DNA of 64,000 nt from Candidatus Marinacidobacterales bacterium (lineage in GTDB: Bacteria; Acidobacteriota; Vicinamibacteria; Marinacidobacterales; DATDRI01): positions 64,001 to 128,000 of the forward strand of contig OZ244742.1 of the NCBI GenBank assembly GCA_965219415.1, read 5' to 3'. A program made the position numbers and the translations under genes. Below the pieces are notes generated by a model. The model was not told the origin of the DNA, did not search any database, and saw only the letters and a list, made by a program, of their open reading frames with translations. Numbering within the stretch: the first letter of the stretch is position 1; each line of letters opens with the position of its first letter. This document shows positions 9,784-21,720 of the stretch, piece by piece.

Positions 9784-11853
9784 TTAGGGGCGCGATCCGG
9801 AATATGTGGTCTTCGTGCGGCGTTGTTCCCTGCCGTCGATAAAAATCTTATCGTCCGACAGAAAGAAAGTCAACTCCTTGCCTTCTGTGACTTTATCGCC
9901 ATCTTCGAGGGTCGCTCGTTCGCCGCTCACGTGTACCTCTTCGCGCGCTGGCACGTATGTTGCTGTCTCGCCGCGAGCCTTCCCGGTGGCCGATTCGATC
10001 TCCACGTTCCCCTCCGCATCGATCTGCTTGACCGCCTCGCCCCCCTCTTCGAAGTTCACATCCACCTTTTCCCCACGGAGGACGAAGTCCCCCGAGGTCA
10101 TCACAACCTCCTTGGTGTAGGTCAGCACCTCGTCTTTCGAGCGGTAGAGAAGATGCCCCGCCCGGGTGTAGGTCAACTGCGGCTTCGCCGGTTCGCCGCC
10201 CCCACGCTCTTGGTCGTCTCCGGTCTCGTCACCGACCACACTCGGAGATGCTTTTTGCGGGAGCGTGGTGCGGACGGAGTCGGTTGCCTCCAGTTCTCCT
10301 TTGGCTTGCGACACCGCGATGCGCTCCGCCTCCAAGCGATTGGTCCCCTGGAAGCCTCGTGCCGCTCCGCTGTAAATGGCCAAGTCTTGCGCCCGGTCGT
10401 ACACGAGGTGCTCCGCCAAGAAATAGACCAGGTCGTCCTTCTCGCCGGGCAAAAAACCGATACTATCCGACGATGCCGAGGCCATCGTGGAACGCACCCG
10501 ACCAATGGCTTCGAGCGCACCGGTGACGACTTGAATCCGCACCTCTTCGGCTTCCAATTCCGCGCCCGCATCCCATAGACGTGGTGACTCGGTAAGAGTT
10601 AGAAGTTCCCGCTGTGAGCGGTAGAGTCCTTCCTCGGCTTCGGCGTGCAAATCGCCATGGGAAAACTTGACCTGATGTGAGCATTTCGCCATGCGCAGCT
10701 CTCCGGTCTCGGGATCAAATCGACTCTCGAGCTCACGCGCCGTGACTCGTCGAACTTCCTCCGGTTTGCCCCCCTCCGGCTCGAGAGTGAGCACGACGTT
10801 GCCACGCCCGTTAAGGAGGTTCAACCGTCCCTCCTCGTCGAACTGGAAGACGAGCGTATTTCCCTCCAGCTGACGTCTCATCCCCAGCTTCTTGGCGGAC
10901 GAAACGGGAGGCTCGAGGGTAAGCTTCGCATCCTTTGTGGCACGCATGCGCCTCATCGTGCTCCCGTCCGGCCGAAACTCCACTTCGAGTCTCTGGCTGG
11001 TCAAGCGCTTTCGGCCAGGCTGGTCGAGAGGACGGACCGCGTGATCTTGCTCTGCGTCTGTTTCGGTGTTTTCTGTCGCAGCATCGAGCACCATTCGCAC
11101 GTCCCGCTCGGCGACGAGTTCCTCGATGCCGCTTTCGTCCTCTGTCATGTGTAGCCGGAGCAAGCCGCTTCTCAAACGATATGAGCCTTGGCGGACTCTC
11201 ACGTCGTCGATGAATCGGACCAGTCTCTCGCGGCGTCGGATCTTGGCCCAGACGCTCTCCACATGAACGGGTTCGCCGCCATCATCGGGAGTGAACGTCA
11301 TGGCGACGCCTTCTCCGAGCTCGAAGGCATTGCCGGCTACTTGGTACACCAGCCCGCCCGCTTCACCCACCAGGCCGCGGTGGAAATATTTAACGGGATC
11401 GTCCGTCCAAACCCGCTTCGGTTTGGGGCGATAGTCCATAGTCGGCGCTTCAATGCGCAAATGCTCCCCGTCTACGATGACGACGTTGCCTTCTAAATGG
11501 ACCTCCGAAGAGGCGACATCGTACTCGCAGACGTCGGCGGTCACCGTAAGGGGAACGGGTTCGGTCTTGCCGGCTTCGAACCGGATCTCCACATCACGAA
11601 ACGTTTGGGTGTCCTCGGATTGCCCGACGCTCTCGGCAGCTCTCAGCTCGAAGACTTTCTCGCCATCGGCATCGAGGCGAGAGATCTCGACGCCGCGCGC
11701 CATCGGGTCGTCTCGATTGGCGGGAAGGACTGTAGATGAAGAACGCTTCGAAGCGTTGTAGGAGGTTAAAAACTGATACGCCAAAACCGCGCTAAAACAT
11801 ACCAGAACGGCGGCCAGCAGTTGCTTGACCCGGCGAATCTGGTTGAGAGTCAT
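9784..11853 (-). CDS. LptC/LptA-like fused periplasmic LPS bridge protein (689 aa)
   Basis: N-terminal TM followed by repeated OstA beta-jellyroll-like motifs (HLEGNVVI, GRGNVVL, AEGNVEI); position directly before lptB. Confidence 0.8.
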   Translation of the reverse strand: MTLNQIRRVKQLLAAVLVCFSAVLAYQFLTSYNASKRSSSTVLPANRDDPMARGVEISRLDADGEKVFELRAAESVGQSEDTQTFRDVEIRFEAGKTEPVPLTVTADVCEYDVASSEVHLEGNVVIVDGEHLRIEAPTMDYRPKPKRVWTDDPVKYFHRGLVGEAGGLVYQVAGNAFELGEGVAMTFTPDDGGEPVHVESVWAKIRRRERLVRFIDDVRVRQGSYRLRSGLLRLHMTEDESGIEELVAERDVRMVLDAATENTETDAEQDHAVRPLDQPGRKRLTSQRLEVEFRPDGSTMRRMRATKDAKLTLEPPVSSAKKLGMRRQLEGNTLVFQFDEEGRLNLLNGRGNVVLTLEPEGGKPEEVRRVTARELESRFDPETGELRMAKCSHQVKFSHGDLHAEAEEGLYRSQRELLTLTESPRLWDAGAELEAEEVRIQVVTGALEAIGRVRSTMASASSDSIGFLPGEKDDLVYFLAEHLVYDRAQDLAIYSGAARGFQGTNRLEAERIAVSQAKGELEATDSVRTTLPQKASPSVVGDETGDDQERGGGEPAKPQLTYTRAGHLLYRSKDEVLTYTKEVVMTSGDFVLRGEKVDVNFEEGGEAVKQIDAEGNVEIESATGKARGETATYVPAREEVHVSGERATLEDGDKVTEGKELTFFLSDDKIFIDGREQRRTKTTYSGSRP

Positions 11854-12818
11854 TAGCCGCTTTCTTGTTCGAGGCTCACGCTGCCCATTTGGCGAAACTT
11901 TTGGTAGCGTGCCTCGAGCCGCTCCTCGGAGTTCATCGTTTCAACCCGCGCCAGGCTCCGCACCAGGTAGTCGTCGAGAATCTCCGCGGTACGACGATGA
12001 TCGCTGTGGGCGCCGCCCAGCGGCTCGGGAACGACCTCATCGATCAGTCCGAAAGACAGAAGGTCTTGAGCAGTCAGTCTCAAACCGTTGGCCGCAGTTT
12101 CCGCTTTCCCGGTATGCTTCCACAGAATCGCCGCACACCCTTCGGGGGAAATAACAGAGTAGATGGAATGCTCGAGCATGAGGATCTCGTCGCCGATGGC
12201 GATGGCCAATGCGCCGCCGCTCCCCCCTTCGCCGGTCACCGTCACCACGATGGGCGTATCGAGTCGAGCGATTTCGCGGATGTTGTACGCGATCGCTTCC
12301 GCCTGTCCACGTTCCTCGGCGTCGAGGCCCGGGTAGGCTCCGGGCGTATCGACGAACGCAAACAGCGGACGTCGGAATTTTTCCGCCAAACGCATCACGC
12401 GCATCGCCTTGCGATAGCCTTCCGGTTTGGGCATCCCGAAGTTGCGAAAAATTTTCTGGTTGGTGTCCCGCCCCTTTTGATGGCCGACCACGAAGACCGG
12501 GCGGTCGTGATGCCAAGCCATTCCGGCGACGATGGCTGGATCGTCTGCGAAGCGCCGATCACCGTGGAGCTCGATGAAATCGCGGAAGAGCAGCTGGATG
12601 AAATCTCTCAAATAGGGTCGCTGTGGGTGCCGGGCTACCTGCACCTTCTGCCAAGGCGTGAGACGAGAAAAAATGTCCCGCCGCATCTGCTTCAGTTTTT
12701 GCTGGAGACGGGCGACCTCCGGCTCCTTGTTGGCCTCTTTCGGGTAGCCGGTGAGAGACTCGATCTCTTTCTGGAGCGCCACCAGAGGGGCTTCGAAGCC
12801 CAGTGAGTCCGCTGCCAT
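11853..12818 (-). CDS. accA: acetyl-CoA carboxylase carboxyltransferase alpha subunit
   Basis: ARHPQRP, ELHGDR, GHQKGR, PEGYRKA, DTPGAYPG, GEGGSGGALA, SVISPEGCAAILW. Confidence 0.97.
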   Translation of the reverse strand: MAADSLGFEAPLVALQKEIESLTGYPKEANKEPEVARLQQKLKQMRRDIFSRLTPWQKVQVARHPQRPYLRDFIQLLFRDFIELHGDRRFADDPAIVAGMAWHHDRPVFVVGHQKGRDTNQKIFRNFGMPKPEGYRKAMRVMRLAEKFRRPLFAFVDTPGAYPGLDAEERGQAEAIAYNIREIARLDTPIVVTVTGEGGSGGALAIAIGDEILMLEHSIYSVISPEGCAAILWKHTGKAETAANGLRLTAQDLLSFGLIDEVVPEPLGGAHSDHRRTAEILDDYLVRSLARVETMNSEERLEARYQKFRQMGSVSLEQESG

Positions 12819-13011
12819 AGCAGACCAGTCTAGCAGGAAACCGCGAGGGACGGGAAGCGCGGGGCCTAACCTGCTTTTCTGGAAGGTGTTTAGCCGATTG
12901 GCGGGGTTTCCGAGACGCTTTCGAGGTCACGCGGTTGCGCGTGATCTGCATTCGCGATATGACAACGCAATGTATTCCTAAACGAACGGAGACATAGGCC
13001 TGACTCGAAGC

Positions 13012-13977
13012 GTGAAGTTTCTGCTCGCCCTCGTGCTGGCGGTGAGCTGTAGCGACAGTACACCTACTTCGCCGAGCTTCAGCCTCTCCGAGCTTTGCGA
13101 ATATCGCTCCCTCGAGCGCGTTTCCGGCGGGGACGGTTCTCCGCATCGTCTCCGGTGCGGCTGGGACACCCGTCGGGGGCGCCGAGGTTGAGGTCGGCGG
13201 TACTTTCTACGAAACCGACGCCACCGGCCGGCTAACCCTATCTACCGGGGTCGAACGGGACACGCGGTTGGACATCGCAGCCGACGGATTTCTGGATCGT
13301 GAGACTCTCCTTCGAACGCCGGACAGCACCCGCCTCACCCTCTGGCCGCGCGAGCATTCGAGCGGGATCACACCGAAGAGTTCACAAGAAACATCGTGTA
13401 TGGCGGCCCTGGCGCGCTCCACGGCTTGATACGACTCCCTTTGGGCGAATCGGATGCCTACGTTGTGCCGTCTTAGCAGATACGAAATGACGTCCATGCC
13501 ATACGAGCGGTAAATACTGCCGCCGCCAACTTCGGGAAGGCCACACGCGGGGAACTCCGGTTCATTGTCACGGAGAGGCCCCCTTCCGGCGCGGTGGTCT
13601 TCGACCTCGAAGTCGACCCCAACCATCCGGATGTGGTGGGTTTCGCTGCGGTCGCCTTGCGGGAATTCCAGGGGTTTTCGATCGTGGGAGGATCCGCGAT
13701 CTTCGATTCCATCGAGAGGGTTCGCACGTCCACGACCCCACATGAGTTGGGGCATCTGTACGGCCTCGGGCATACCAGCGGCACCAAAGACGTGATGAAT
13801 ACCTTCCGGCGGCGGGGTACCATTGAGCGGTTCCACCCCCGCGAGGAGGTTACGATGCGGCTCATGCTTCAACGACTCCCGAGAAACGAGTTCCCCGACG
13901 GCGATAGGAATGTCCGGACTCCGTCCGCCCTCATGGCCGGAGAAGCGAGGGTTTCCGTCGTCCGTTGCCCATATTGA
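13012..13977 (+). pseudogene. lipoprotein with a matrixin/metzincin-type protease domain, disrupted
   Basis: GTG start and lipobox (MKFLLALVLAVSC); apparent frameshifts near 13100 and 13370; in-frame TAG at 13474-13476; C-terminal HELGHLYGLGH plus Met-turn DVM. Confidence 0.7.
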
Positions 13978-14025
13978 CAACAGACCCGCTGCGCCGATTG
14001 AAGCCTATTGGAAGGGAACGCGCCG

Positions 14026-14855
14026 CTACTCGGTGCCGGTCGAAAGGGCTCTGTAGACGCCTTCTATGTTGAGCTCGAGGTGCTCGTCGTATCGGCCCCA
14101 GTCCGCGTAGGCAGGAAGTTCCAGCGATTCTTGAATCTCTGCCAGAGTCTGCCCTTGATCTACTCGCTCTCGGACCGTCTCGATCAAGTCGGTGAAGTAT
14201 TGGACGTATTCGCCTACGTTCGCTTTCGTGCCGATAGCCCCGTGCCCGGGCGCCAGGATCTCGAAATCCAGCCTATCTAATTCCTTGAGCGCGGCGAGCC
14301 ATTCGGAGGGATTCGCGTTCCCGAGGGTGCGCCACGGGAGCCGCCTAGATGCGACCGCGTCCACCATGAACGCGACCTTGCGTTCGGGGACTAGAACAAT
14401 AATGTTACTGTCCGTCTCGGACGGGCCGGGGTAGATGAGCTGCACTTCCAGGTCGCCAAGGTGAAACGACATGAGGTCCGAGAACGTCATGTCGACCGGG
14501 ACGATGCTGCCCCCGGAATCCCCCGAAAGATGCCCCGGAACGTTCGCGTGTCCGACGACAACGGCCTCGTCGCCGAAAGCCGATCCGCCAGAGATGTGGT
14601 CATCATGGTGGTGGCTATAGACGATATACCGGATGGGCGCCTGACTGATCTTTCGCACCTCCTCGAAATAGCGCAACGCCTTTCGGGTGATTGAGGGTCG
14701 GTGACGAGGATCGCTTTGTCGGTCACGACGAAGAGTGAGCGATGGGCATTGTGTGTGTACAGGCAAACGTTATCCGCCAGCTTGTCGACGGTGATGGTCG
14801 GCTCTGCTTGAGCCGACAAGAAAAGCCAGCTACTGAGAACGAGTGTGATGATCAT
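14026..14855 (-). pseudogene. exported MBL-fold metallo-hydrolase split by a frameshift
   Basis: Signal peptide and ILVTDP in one frame; YSHHHDDHISG and APGHG in the next. One A missing in CCCGAAAGGCG near 14682 would restore PEKALRY; could be a sequencing error. Confidence 0.75.
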
Positions 14856-17800
14856 CGGTGCCTCCTGTCCCCCGCGAAGGTACATTCTCGGCGACGGCTT
14901 CGCCTTCGGTTGCCCCCTTACGGAAAAGCTGAACTGAGTCCGGACCGCACATGGCCTCGAGACTCGAGACGAGCTCCGGGCTGGGTCGTACTCTCAAAAA
15001 AGGATGGGTTTTCATAGCCAAGGAGAACTCCTGGTCGCGAAAGAGCTCGAAGCGGATAGTACATTCGCCTCGGTTAGCCTCCAGCAACTCCCGTAGATGA
15101 GGAACGGTATCTTCCAGGAACGACTCAATGGGAACACGGACCGTCATCGAGGAGGCTTCTCTCTGGCCCATTTCTTCGAGCGGTATCAGCTCGCTCGCTA
15201 AAATTTTGGGCAAGTCTTCCCCGCCCTCCGGCTTTCCCTTCACGAGCAACTCGGTGTCGACGCTCAGCAGGCCATAGTACTCCTTGTAAGCGTCGGGAAA
15301 TACCACGACCTCCGCCGCGCCCTCCTGGTCTTCCAGTCGCACGATAGCCATCGGGTCTCCCTTGCGAGTGCGGAGGGTCTTCACGCTTGCGATAAGACCT
15401 CCCACCGCCACTTCCCGCTCTCCGACCTTCTCCATGATCTGGCCCGTAGTGCAACTGGCGTAGCTCTCGAGCTCAGCGCGAAACCTCTCCAGCGGATGGC
15501 CGCTCAAGAAAAAGCCAAGCGTCGCCTTTTCGAAACCCAATCGCTCCCTCTCACTCCATTCGGGAAGGTCGGGTAGCCTCATCAGCTCGGGATGTCGCCG
15601 CGTGGCCTCGGCGTCACCGAAGAGGTTCGCCTGTCCGCTCTCTCGGTCGCGTTGGACGCGCTGCCCGTGGTCGAGCGCGCGGTCGATCATCCCGTAGAGT
15701 TGGGACCGCTTGCCTCCTAGTGTGTCGAGGCTACTGGACTTGATGAGCGCCTCGAGCACTCTCTTGTTCACCAAACGCAGGTCCACGTCCTCGCAAAGAT
15801 CGACCAGTGACTCGAAGCACCCTCCCCGGTTGCGCCGCGCTTCCAGGATCGACTCGATGGCCGATTCTCCGACGTTTTTGATAGCAGCCAGACCGAAACG
15901 GATCTCTCCCTCGACCACTGTGAAATCCAAGGCGCTCTCGTTGATGTCGGGGGGGAGAATCTTGATGCCCATCTTTCGCCCCACACTCAAATAGTGAACC
16001 ACCTTGTCGGTGTTTTGTCTTTCCGAGGTCAAGAGAGCGGCCATGAAGAAGACGGGATAGTTCGCCTTCAGATAGGCGGTTTGATAGGCCAAGAGCGCAT
16101 AGGCGGCGGAGTGTGAGCGGTTGAAACCATAACCGCCAAAATGCTCCATCAATTCGAATATCTTCTTTGCTTTCTTCTCCGGGATTTTGTTAGCGATCGC
16201 GCCAGTGATGAACTTCTCTCGCTGTGCCTCCATGACATCGGCCTTTTTCTTGCCCATCGCCTTTCGGAGGAGATCCGCCTGGCCGAGCGAGAAACCTGCC
16301 AGGCGGGAGGCGATCTGCATCACTTGCTCCTGGTAGACCATCACTCCCAACGTGTCCTCGAGGACCTCCTGCAGTGCCGGCACTTCGTAACGCACGGGAA
16401 CCTTGCCGTGCTTCCGCTTGATGAAGTCGTCGATCATTCCGCTCCGGATCGGTCCGGGACGGTAGAGCGCGTTTAGTGCGGTCAAGTCGTTTAGTTTTTC
16501 TGGCTTGAAGCGACGCAGTATGTCCCTCATGCCATCGCTTTCAAACTGGAAGATGCCGAACGTTTGCCCATCGGCGAAGAGCTGATAGGTCTTGGCATCG
16601 TCGAGCGGTAGGCGGTCGAGGTCGATCTTCTCTCCGAGTTGCTTGTCGATGAGCTTCACGCAGTTGTCGAGAAGCGTGAGGGTGCGAAGTCCCAAGAAGT
16701 CCATCTTGAGAAGACCGATGTCTTCGATGTCCTTCATCGCATACTGGGTCGTGATTTCACCTCGGCTCCCGCGATAGAGCGGGAGGAACTCGGTGAGAGG
16801 TTTCGGGGCGATCACCACGCCGGCGGCGTGCGTCGAGGCGTGTCGACTGACGCCTTCCAAGCGTTTGGCTACATCGAGCAGGCGGCTGATCCTCGGATCG
16901 GCTTCGGCGGCGTCTCGTAACTGGGGAACCTCTTCGACCGCCTTGTCGAGCGTTGCATCTAGTGTGGCCGGTATCATCTTCGCGATGCGATCGACATCTG
17001 CGTAAGGCACGTCCAGAACACGACCCACGTCCCGTGTCACCGCGCGGGCCTTCATCGTTCCGAAGGTAATGATCTGTGCGACGTTGTCCCGGCCGTAGCG
17101 CTCGGTGACGTAGTCGATCACTTCTCCACGACGCGCCTCGCAGAAATCGATGTCGATATCCGGCATGCTGATCCGCTCGGGGTTCAAGAAACGCTCGAAG
17201 ATGAGTCCGTGTTCCAGCGGATCGATGTCAGTGATGCGAAGGGAATAGGCGACGAGGCTCCCCGCGGCGGAGCCGCGGCCTGGCCCAACCGGGATCCCCT
17301 GTTCGCGCGCGAAGCGAATGAAATCCCACACGATGAGGAAATAGCCGGGGAAGCCCATTTTCTTGATGATTTCGATCTCTCGCTTGAGCCGGGGCTCGTA
17401 TTCGGCCATCGTGGTTCGAAGCTCTCCGGCTTCGTGGCGTTCGACGATCCGCTGCATCCGCTCTCGGAACCCCTCCGAGACGATCTTTTCGAAGTAACCT
17501 TCGACGGTGTCTCCTTCCGGCACGTCGAATTGCGGGAGGTGGAAGTTATCCCGCTCCAAATCCAAGCTGACCCGTTCTGCAATGGCGAGTGTGTTGTCAT
17601 ACGCTTCTTGGTAGCCCTGGAAGACCTCCGCCATCTCTTCGGAGGACTTGAAGTAGAACTCCTCTCCCCGGTACCGCATCCGGTCGCTGTCGGCGACTTT
17701 CTTACCCGTCCCGATGCAAAGTAGGATGTCGTGGGCTAGAGCATCTTCACGGCGTATGTAATGACAGTCGTTGGTAGCAACCGTCGGCAAACCCGTCTTC

Positions 17801-18408
17801 TGCGCCAGAGCCATCAGTTGGGTATTGACGGTGACTTCCTCTTCGAGCCCTTGGTCTTGGATCTCGAGAAAAAAATTCCCCTTGCCCAAGATGTCTTCGT
17901 AGGTCCCGGCGGCCTTCAGCATCGCAGCTTCGGCGCCTCGAAGCGCCGCGGAGGGCACCTCTCCTTTGAGGCATGCGGACAGACCGATGAGGCCCTCCGA
18001 GTGAGTCGCAAGGAGCTCCTTGTCGATTCGCGGCCTATAGTAAAACCCTTCGAGGTAGCCGGCGGTGACCAACTTCATGAGGTTGGTGTAGCCTTTGTAA
18101 CTTTCCGCCAGCAGGACCAAGTGGTTGTTGGTATCGGAAATTCCGCCACCGAGAGAGCGGTCGAAGCGATTACCCGGCGCGACGTAGATCTCACAGCCCA
18201 GAATCGGCTTGATGCCTTTTTCCTTCGCCGCTTGAAAAAAGGCGATAGCGCCGAACATGTTCCCGTGGTCTGTGAGTGCTACGGCGGGCATTTTGAACTG
18301 TGCGGCGAGATCGATGATCTCGGGCACACGACTCGCCCCGTCGAGCAGCGAGAAATCGCTGTGGTTGTGAAGGTGAACAAAAGGTCGCACGCTCTCCCCT
18401 ACTCCCAT
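14830..18408 (-). CDS. dnaE: DNA polymerase III alpha subunit
   Basis: [40 protein letters not shown]; true start may be the GTG near 18390. Confidence 0.97.
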   Translation of the reverse strand: MGVGESVRPFVHLHNHSDFSLLDGASRVPEIIDLAAQFKMPAVALTDHGNMFGAIAFFQAAKEKGIKPILGCEIYVAPGNRFDRSLGGGISDTNNHLVLLAESYKGYTNLMKLVTAGYLEGFYYRPRIDKELLATHSEGLIGLSACLKGEVPSAALRGAEAAMLKAAGTYEDILGKGNFFLEIQDQGLEEEVTVNTQLMALAQKTGLPTVATNDCHYIRREDALAHDILLCIGTGKKVADSDRMRYRGEEFYFKSSEEMAEVFQGYQEAYDNTLAIAERVSLDLERDNFHLPQFDVPEGDTVEGYFEKIVSEGFRERMQRIVERHEAGELRTTMAEYEPRLKREIEIIKKMGFPGYFLIVWDFIRFAREQGIPVGPGRGSAAGSLVAYSLRITDIDPLEHGLIFERFLNPERISMPDIDIDFCEARRGEVIDYVTERYGRDNVAQIITFGTMKARAVTRDVGRVLDVPYADVDRIAKMIPATLDATLDKAVEEVPQLRDAAEADPRISRLLDVAKRLEGVSRHASTHAAGVVIAPKPLTEFLPLYRGSRGEITTQYAMKDIEDIGLLKMDFLGLRTLTLLDNCVKLIDKQLGEKIDLDRLPLDDAKTYQLFADGQTFGIFQFESDGMRDILRRFKPEKLNDLTALNALYRPGPIRSGMIDDFIKRKHGKVPVRYEVPALQEVLEDTLGVMVYQEQVMQIASRLAGFSLGQADLLRKAMGKKKADVMEAQREKFITGAIANKIPEKKAKKIFELMEHFGGYGFNRSHSAAYALLAYQTAYLKANYPVFFMAALLTSERQNTDKVVHYLSVGRKMGIKILPPDINESALDFTVVEGEIRFGLAAIKNVGESAIESILEARRNRGGCFESLVDLCEDVDLRLVNKRVLEALIKSSSLDTLGGKRSQLYGMIDRALDHGQRVQRDRESGQANLFGDAEATRRHPELMRLPDLPEWSERERLGFEKATLGFFLSGHPLERFRAELESYASCTTGQIMEKVGEREVAVGGLIASVKTLRTRKGDPMAIVRLEDQEGAAEVVVFPDAYKEYYGLLSVDTELLVKGKPEGGEDLPKILASELIPLEEMGQREASSMTVRVPIESFLEDTVPHLRELLEANRGECTIRFELFRDQEFSLAMKTHPFLRVRPSPELVSSLEAMCGPDSVQLFRKGATEGEAVAENVPSRGTGGTDDHHTRSQ

Positions 18409-19964
18409 TCGATGGTGGCGGGTGGTTTGGACGAAATATCGTATACCACGCGATTGACCCCGCGGACCTCACCGATGATCCGACTGGACACTCTTTCGAG
18501 AAGCTCCGGTGGTAGTTTGGCCCAATCCGCGGTCATACCGTCTACGCTTTCCACCGCGCGGATGGCGATCGCGTTTTCATATGTGCGGGCGTCACCCATC
18601 ACCCCTACACTTTTCACCGGCAGGAGGACCGCGAAGGACTGCCAGAGCTTCTCGTACAGACCTCCGCCCTTGATCTCCGACTGGAGGATATCGTCCGCCT
18701 CGCGCAGGATGGCGCACCTCTCGGCGGTGACACCACCGAGAATTCGCACCGCCAAGCCGGGGCCGGGGAAGGGTTGCCGCTGGACGAACGTCTGATCGAG
18801 TCCGAGCTCAACACCTAACTGACGCACTTCGTCTTTGAAGAGCTCACGGAGTGGTTCGATGAGCTTGAACTTGAGCCGGCGTGGGAGGCCACCGACGTTG
18901 TGATGACTCTTGATCACGTGAGAAGCTCCGCGCAGCGACACGCTCTCGATCACGTCCGGATACAAGGTCCCTTGGGCCAAGAAACGAACGTCGGGAATCT
19001 TGCGGGCCTCCTCTTCGAAGACCGCGATGAACTCCCGGCCGATGATCTTTCGTTTCTTTTCCGGATCGGCCACGTTCTTGAGTCGCCGGAGAAAACGCGA
19101 AGAGGCATCCGCATGAATAACCTTGAGATGCAGTCTCTCTCCGAATCGCTCCATCACTTGTGCCGCTTCGTTCTTCCGTAGGAGGCCGTTGTCCACGAAA
19201 ACCGATGTGAGGCGGTCGCCGATGGCTCGGTGCACCAGAAGCGCGGTAACCGCGGAGTCGACTCCACCGGAAAGCGCGCATACCACCGAGTCCGAACCGA
19301 CCATTTCGCGAATCCGTTCCACGGACTCGCGGGTGAAGGAGCTCATGCTCCAATCCCCGGTAAGCGCACACACATCGAACGCGAAGTTTCGCAGGATCGC
19401 GGTGCCTTGCTCGGTGTGCGCGACCTCGGGGTGGAATTGCACTCCGAACAGCCCGCGGTCCACCTCTTCGAAGGCCGCGACCGGTGCCGACTCGGTGTGG
19501 GCAGTGACTTGGAACCCGGGTGGTGCTTTTTCGATGGAGTCCCCGTGGCTCGCCCAGACTCGAAGCGGAGAAGGAATACTTGCGAACAACCGACTCGAGC
19601 CGTTGAAGTGGAGGTTGGCGTACCCGTACTCCCGGCGCTCGGCGGCGCGAACTTCGGAGCCAAGCATCTGACTCATGAGCTGCATGCCGTAGCAGATCCC
19701 AAGGACGGGAACGCCCAGCTCTAGAAGACTCGAGCTGCAGCGCGGTGCGTCGGGCTCATAAACGCTCTGCGGGCCACCGGAAAGAATCAGGCCTCGGAGG
19801 GTACTCTGCGGGCTCCGAAGCCGCCGGTGGATTTCGTCCAGTGGCACGGAAAACGGAAGAATCTCGCAGTAGACCGACACCTCGCGGAGCCGGCGGGCGA
19901 TCAACTGCGTATACTGGGAGCCGAAATCGAGTATGAGAACGGTTGCGTGCGCCCTGACTGCCAT
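18399..19964 (-). CDS. guaA: GMP synthase (glutamine-hydrolysing)
   Basis: [47 protein letters not shown]. Confidence 0.98.
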   Translation of the reverse strand: MAVRAHATVLILDFGSQYTQLIARRLREVSVYCEILPFSVPLDEIHRRLRSPQSTLRGLILSGGPQSVYEPDAPRCSSSLLELGVPVLGICYGMQLMSQMLGSEVRAAERREYGYANLHFNGSSRLFASIPSPLRVWASHGDSIEKAPPGFQVTAHTESAPVAAFEEVDRGLFGVQFHPEVAHTEQGTAILRNFAFDVCALTGDWSMSSFTRESVERIREMVGSDSVVCALSGGVDSAVTALLVHRAIGDRLTSVFVDNGLLRKNEAAQVMERFGERLHLKVIHADASSRFLRRLKNVADPEKKRKIIGREFIAVFEEEARKIPDVRFLAQGTLYPDVIESVSLRGASHVIKSHHNVGGLPRRLKFKLIEPLRELFKDEVRQLGVELGLDQTFVQRQPFPGPGLAVRILGGVTAERCAILREADDILQSEIKGGGLYEKLWQSFAVLLPVKSVGVMGDARTYENAIAIRAVESVDGMTADWAKLPPELLERVSSRIIGEVRGVNRVVYDISSKPPATIEWE

Positions 19965-20082
19965 AGAATCTATTGAAGTGACGCATTATAAGCATGTAGC
20001 CTCCGGAACACAAGAACTAGTTATCCAGGAGGGCAGCCATCTTGTATCTTTAGGAGTGCTTGACTTCCTGCTCCCCACACCT

Positions 20083-21450
20083 ATGATGTCGAACCTGGTG
20101 TCTTCCATCGTTCTGGGTATCCTTTTGGCAGCCTCGGGCGCGTCGGCCTTCGGACATCCCCCTGGCCTCTCCCAAACCCAACAACAGCAAGAGCCGGAAA
20201 AGACTGAACAGCCTGAAGCGGCCGAACCCCCGGCGGAAAAACAAGCTCAGGAGGCACAGTCCGCCGAGGAGGAGGGTGCTGAGCAAGTCGATGCGGACGG
20301 CGATGAGGAGAAAGGTCCCAAGAGGCAGCCGGGTTTGCTTCCTCTGGTGCCGCTAGCGGAAGTCGATCTGGACGCTCGCCCGGTGGGACCGGCCCTCGTT
20401 TTCGAGGACTCCCTCATCGTCGTCACCGAGGCCGGCACAGCCATGCGTCTCGACGGCAAGACGGGCGAACTACTATGGAAGCTGGGCCTCCCCGGGAGTG
20501 GACTACTGCCGCCTTCCCTCTTTTCCGAGACGCTTCTCCTCGTCGACCGATCGGGTACGTTGTTTTTCATCGATCCACTCACGGGAACGATCGTGGACGA
20601 GCTGCCGACGCATGTCTCGCCTATCTTGCCCCCGCGCTCGATGGGAGAGACGATCTTCTTGGCAGCCGCCGACTCGGTGGTCATCGGCTATCACGTTGAG
20701 AGGAAACAGGAGGTTTGGCGCGCCGCGGTCGAGGACACGCCGCTGGCGATGGCCGTCGGGGGCGACTTGCTCCTGGTCTCCGATGGGACCGGCGCTCTTC
20801 ACGCGCTCGACTCGAAAACCGGTCTCCAGCAATGGCAGTTTCAGGGACGCGGAACCTTCCCTGCGCCGGCCGTATTCGACGCAAGCAACGAAAGACTCTT
20901 CATCGGGGATACCGGAGGCGTCTTTTATTCCCTTTCCGCCCGTAACGGCAAAGTTCACTATCGATGGCCAACGGGCGCGGCGGTCCCGCTGGCGGCGCTC
21001 GTCGAAGAGGACCGTATCTTTGTTGCCACCTACGCCAACACCCTCTTTTGCTATCGTCCCGGGAACGGCCATGAGCTCTGGAGGGCCAATCTGCCCGGCC
21101 GACCCGCGGCGTCCCCCCAACGCGCACGACGGCGCGTCGTGGTGGTGACCTTCGATGGACAGGTCGCCGAGTACGGCTCCGGCGGAACGAGTGACACCCC
21201 CCTTTACACGGCCCCCACGGCCATACTCCCGACGCCTACTCTCATGCCAGGGGGGCTCGCCTTGCCCTTACTTTCGGGACGCTTGCTCCTTTTACAAACC
21301 CAAGCGCCTGTTCCCAAAATCGAGCCCGGTGAAGAGGGAGCCTTGGAGGGCGAGCTCGAGGGAGCGCCGGAGGAAGAGGTGGAAGGCGAGTCGGAGGGTG
21401 AGGCACCGACTGAAAGAACCAATCCGACGGTCCCGCCCACGCCGAAGTAG
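20083..21450 (+). CDS. exported PQQ-like beta-propeller repeat protein (BamB-like)
   Basis: Signal peptide; repeated ALD..TG...W blades (LDGKTGELLW, LDSKTGLQQW, GNGHELW); acidic low-complexity ends. Confidence 0.8.
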   Translation: MMSNLVSSIVLGILLAASGASAFGHPPGLSQTQQQQEPEKTEQPEAAEPPAEKQAQEAQSAEEEGAEQVDADGDEEKGPKRQPGLLPLVPLAEVDLDARPVGPALVFEDSLIVVTEAGTAMRLDGKTGELLWKLGLPGSGLLPPSLFSETLLLVDRSGTLFFIDPLTGTIVDELPTHVSPILPPRSMGETIFLAAADSVVIGYHVERKQEVWRAAVEDTPLAMAVGGDLLLVSDGTGALHALDSKTGLQQWQFQGRGTFPAPAVFDASNERLFIGDTGGVFYSLSARNGKVHYRWPTGAAVPLAALVEEDRIFVATYANTLFCYRPGNGHELWRANLPGRPAASPQRARRRVVVVTFDGQVAEYGSGGTSDTPLYTAPTAILPTPTLMPGGLALPLLSGRLLLLQTQAPVPKIEPGEEGALEGELEGAPEEEVEGESEGEAPTERTNPTVPPTPK

Positions 21451-21552
21451 GACGGAAGTGTCCTAGAAAAAGACCCTTCCCAGGCTCTGAATTCACGAAA
21501 TCCCGCGCCAGACACCGGCCGAGCCTTGGAACAGAACCTGCGGTATGAACGT

Positions 21553-21587
21553 TCCTTTACTCCTTTACTCCTTTACTCCTTTACTCC
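21553..21587. repeat. tandem octamer (TCCTTTAC)x4 plus TCC
   Basis: Directly visible; intergenic. Confidence 0.9.
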
Positions 21588-21720
21588 CTCAGGGAGATTT
21601 GGCCGTCAAAATGCGCAGTGCCGAGAAACAAGGTGGTCAGACGGCGGGTGAGGGTGGTTTATCAGGAAGCTTTGACAGTCTATGTACGGGAAAGCTAAGA
21701 TGGTGTTGGGTTTCTACAAG

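Noticed and set aside
11865-12806. 313-aa plus-strand ORF
   Set aside because: Antisense shadow of accA; no motifs; long shadow ORFs are expected at high GC
12927-12944. Palindrome TCACGCG-gttg-CGCGTGA upstream of accA
   Set aside because: Single short GC-rich dyad; cannot be distinguished from chance
21553-21587. CRISPR array
   Set aside because: Contiguous 8-bp units with no spacers; no cas genes
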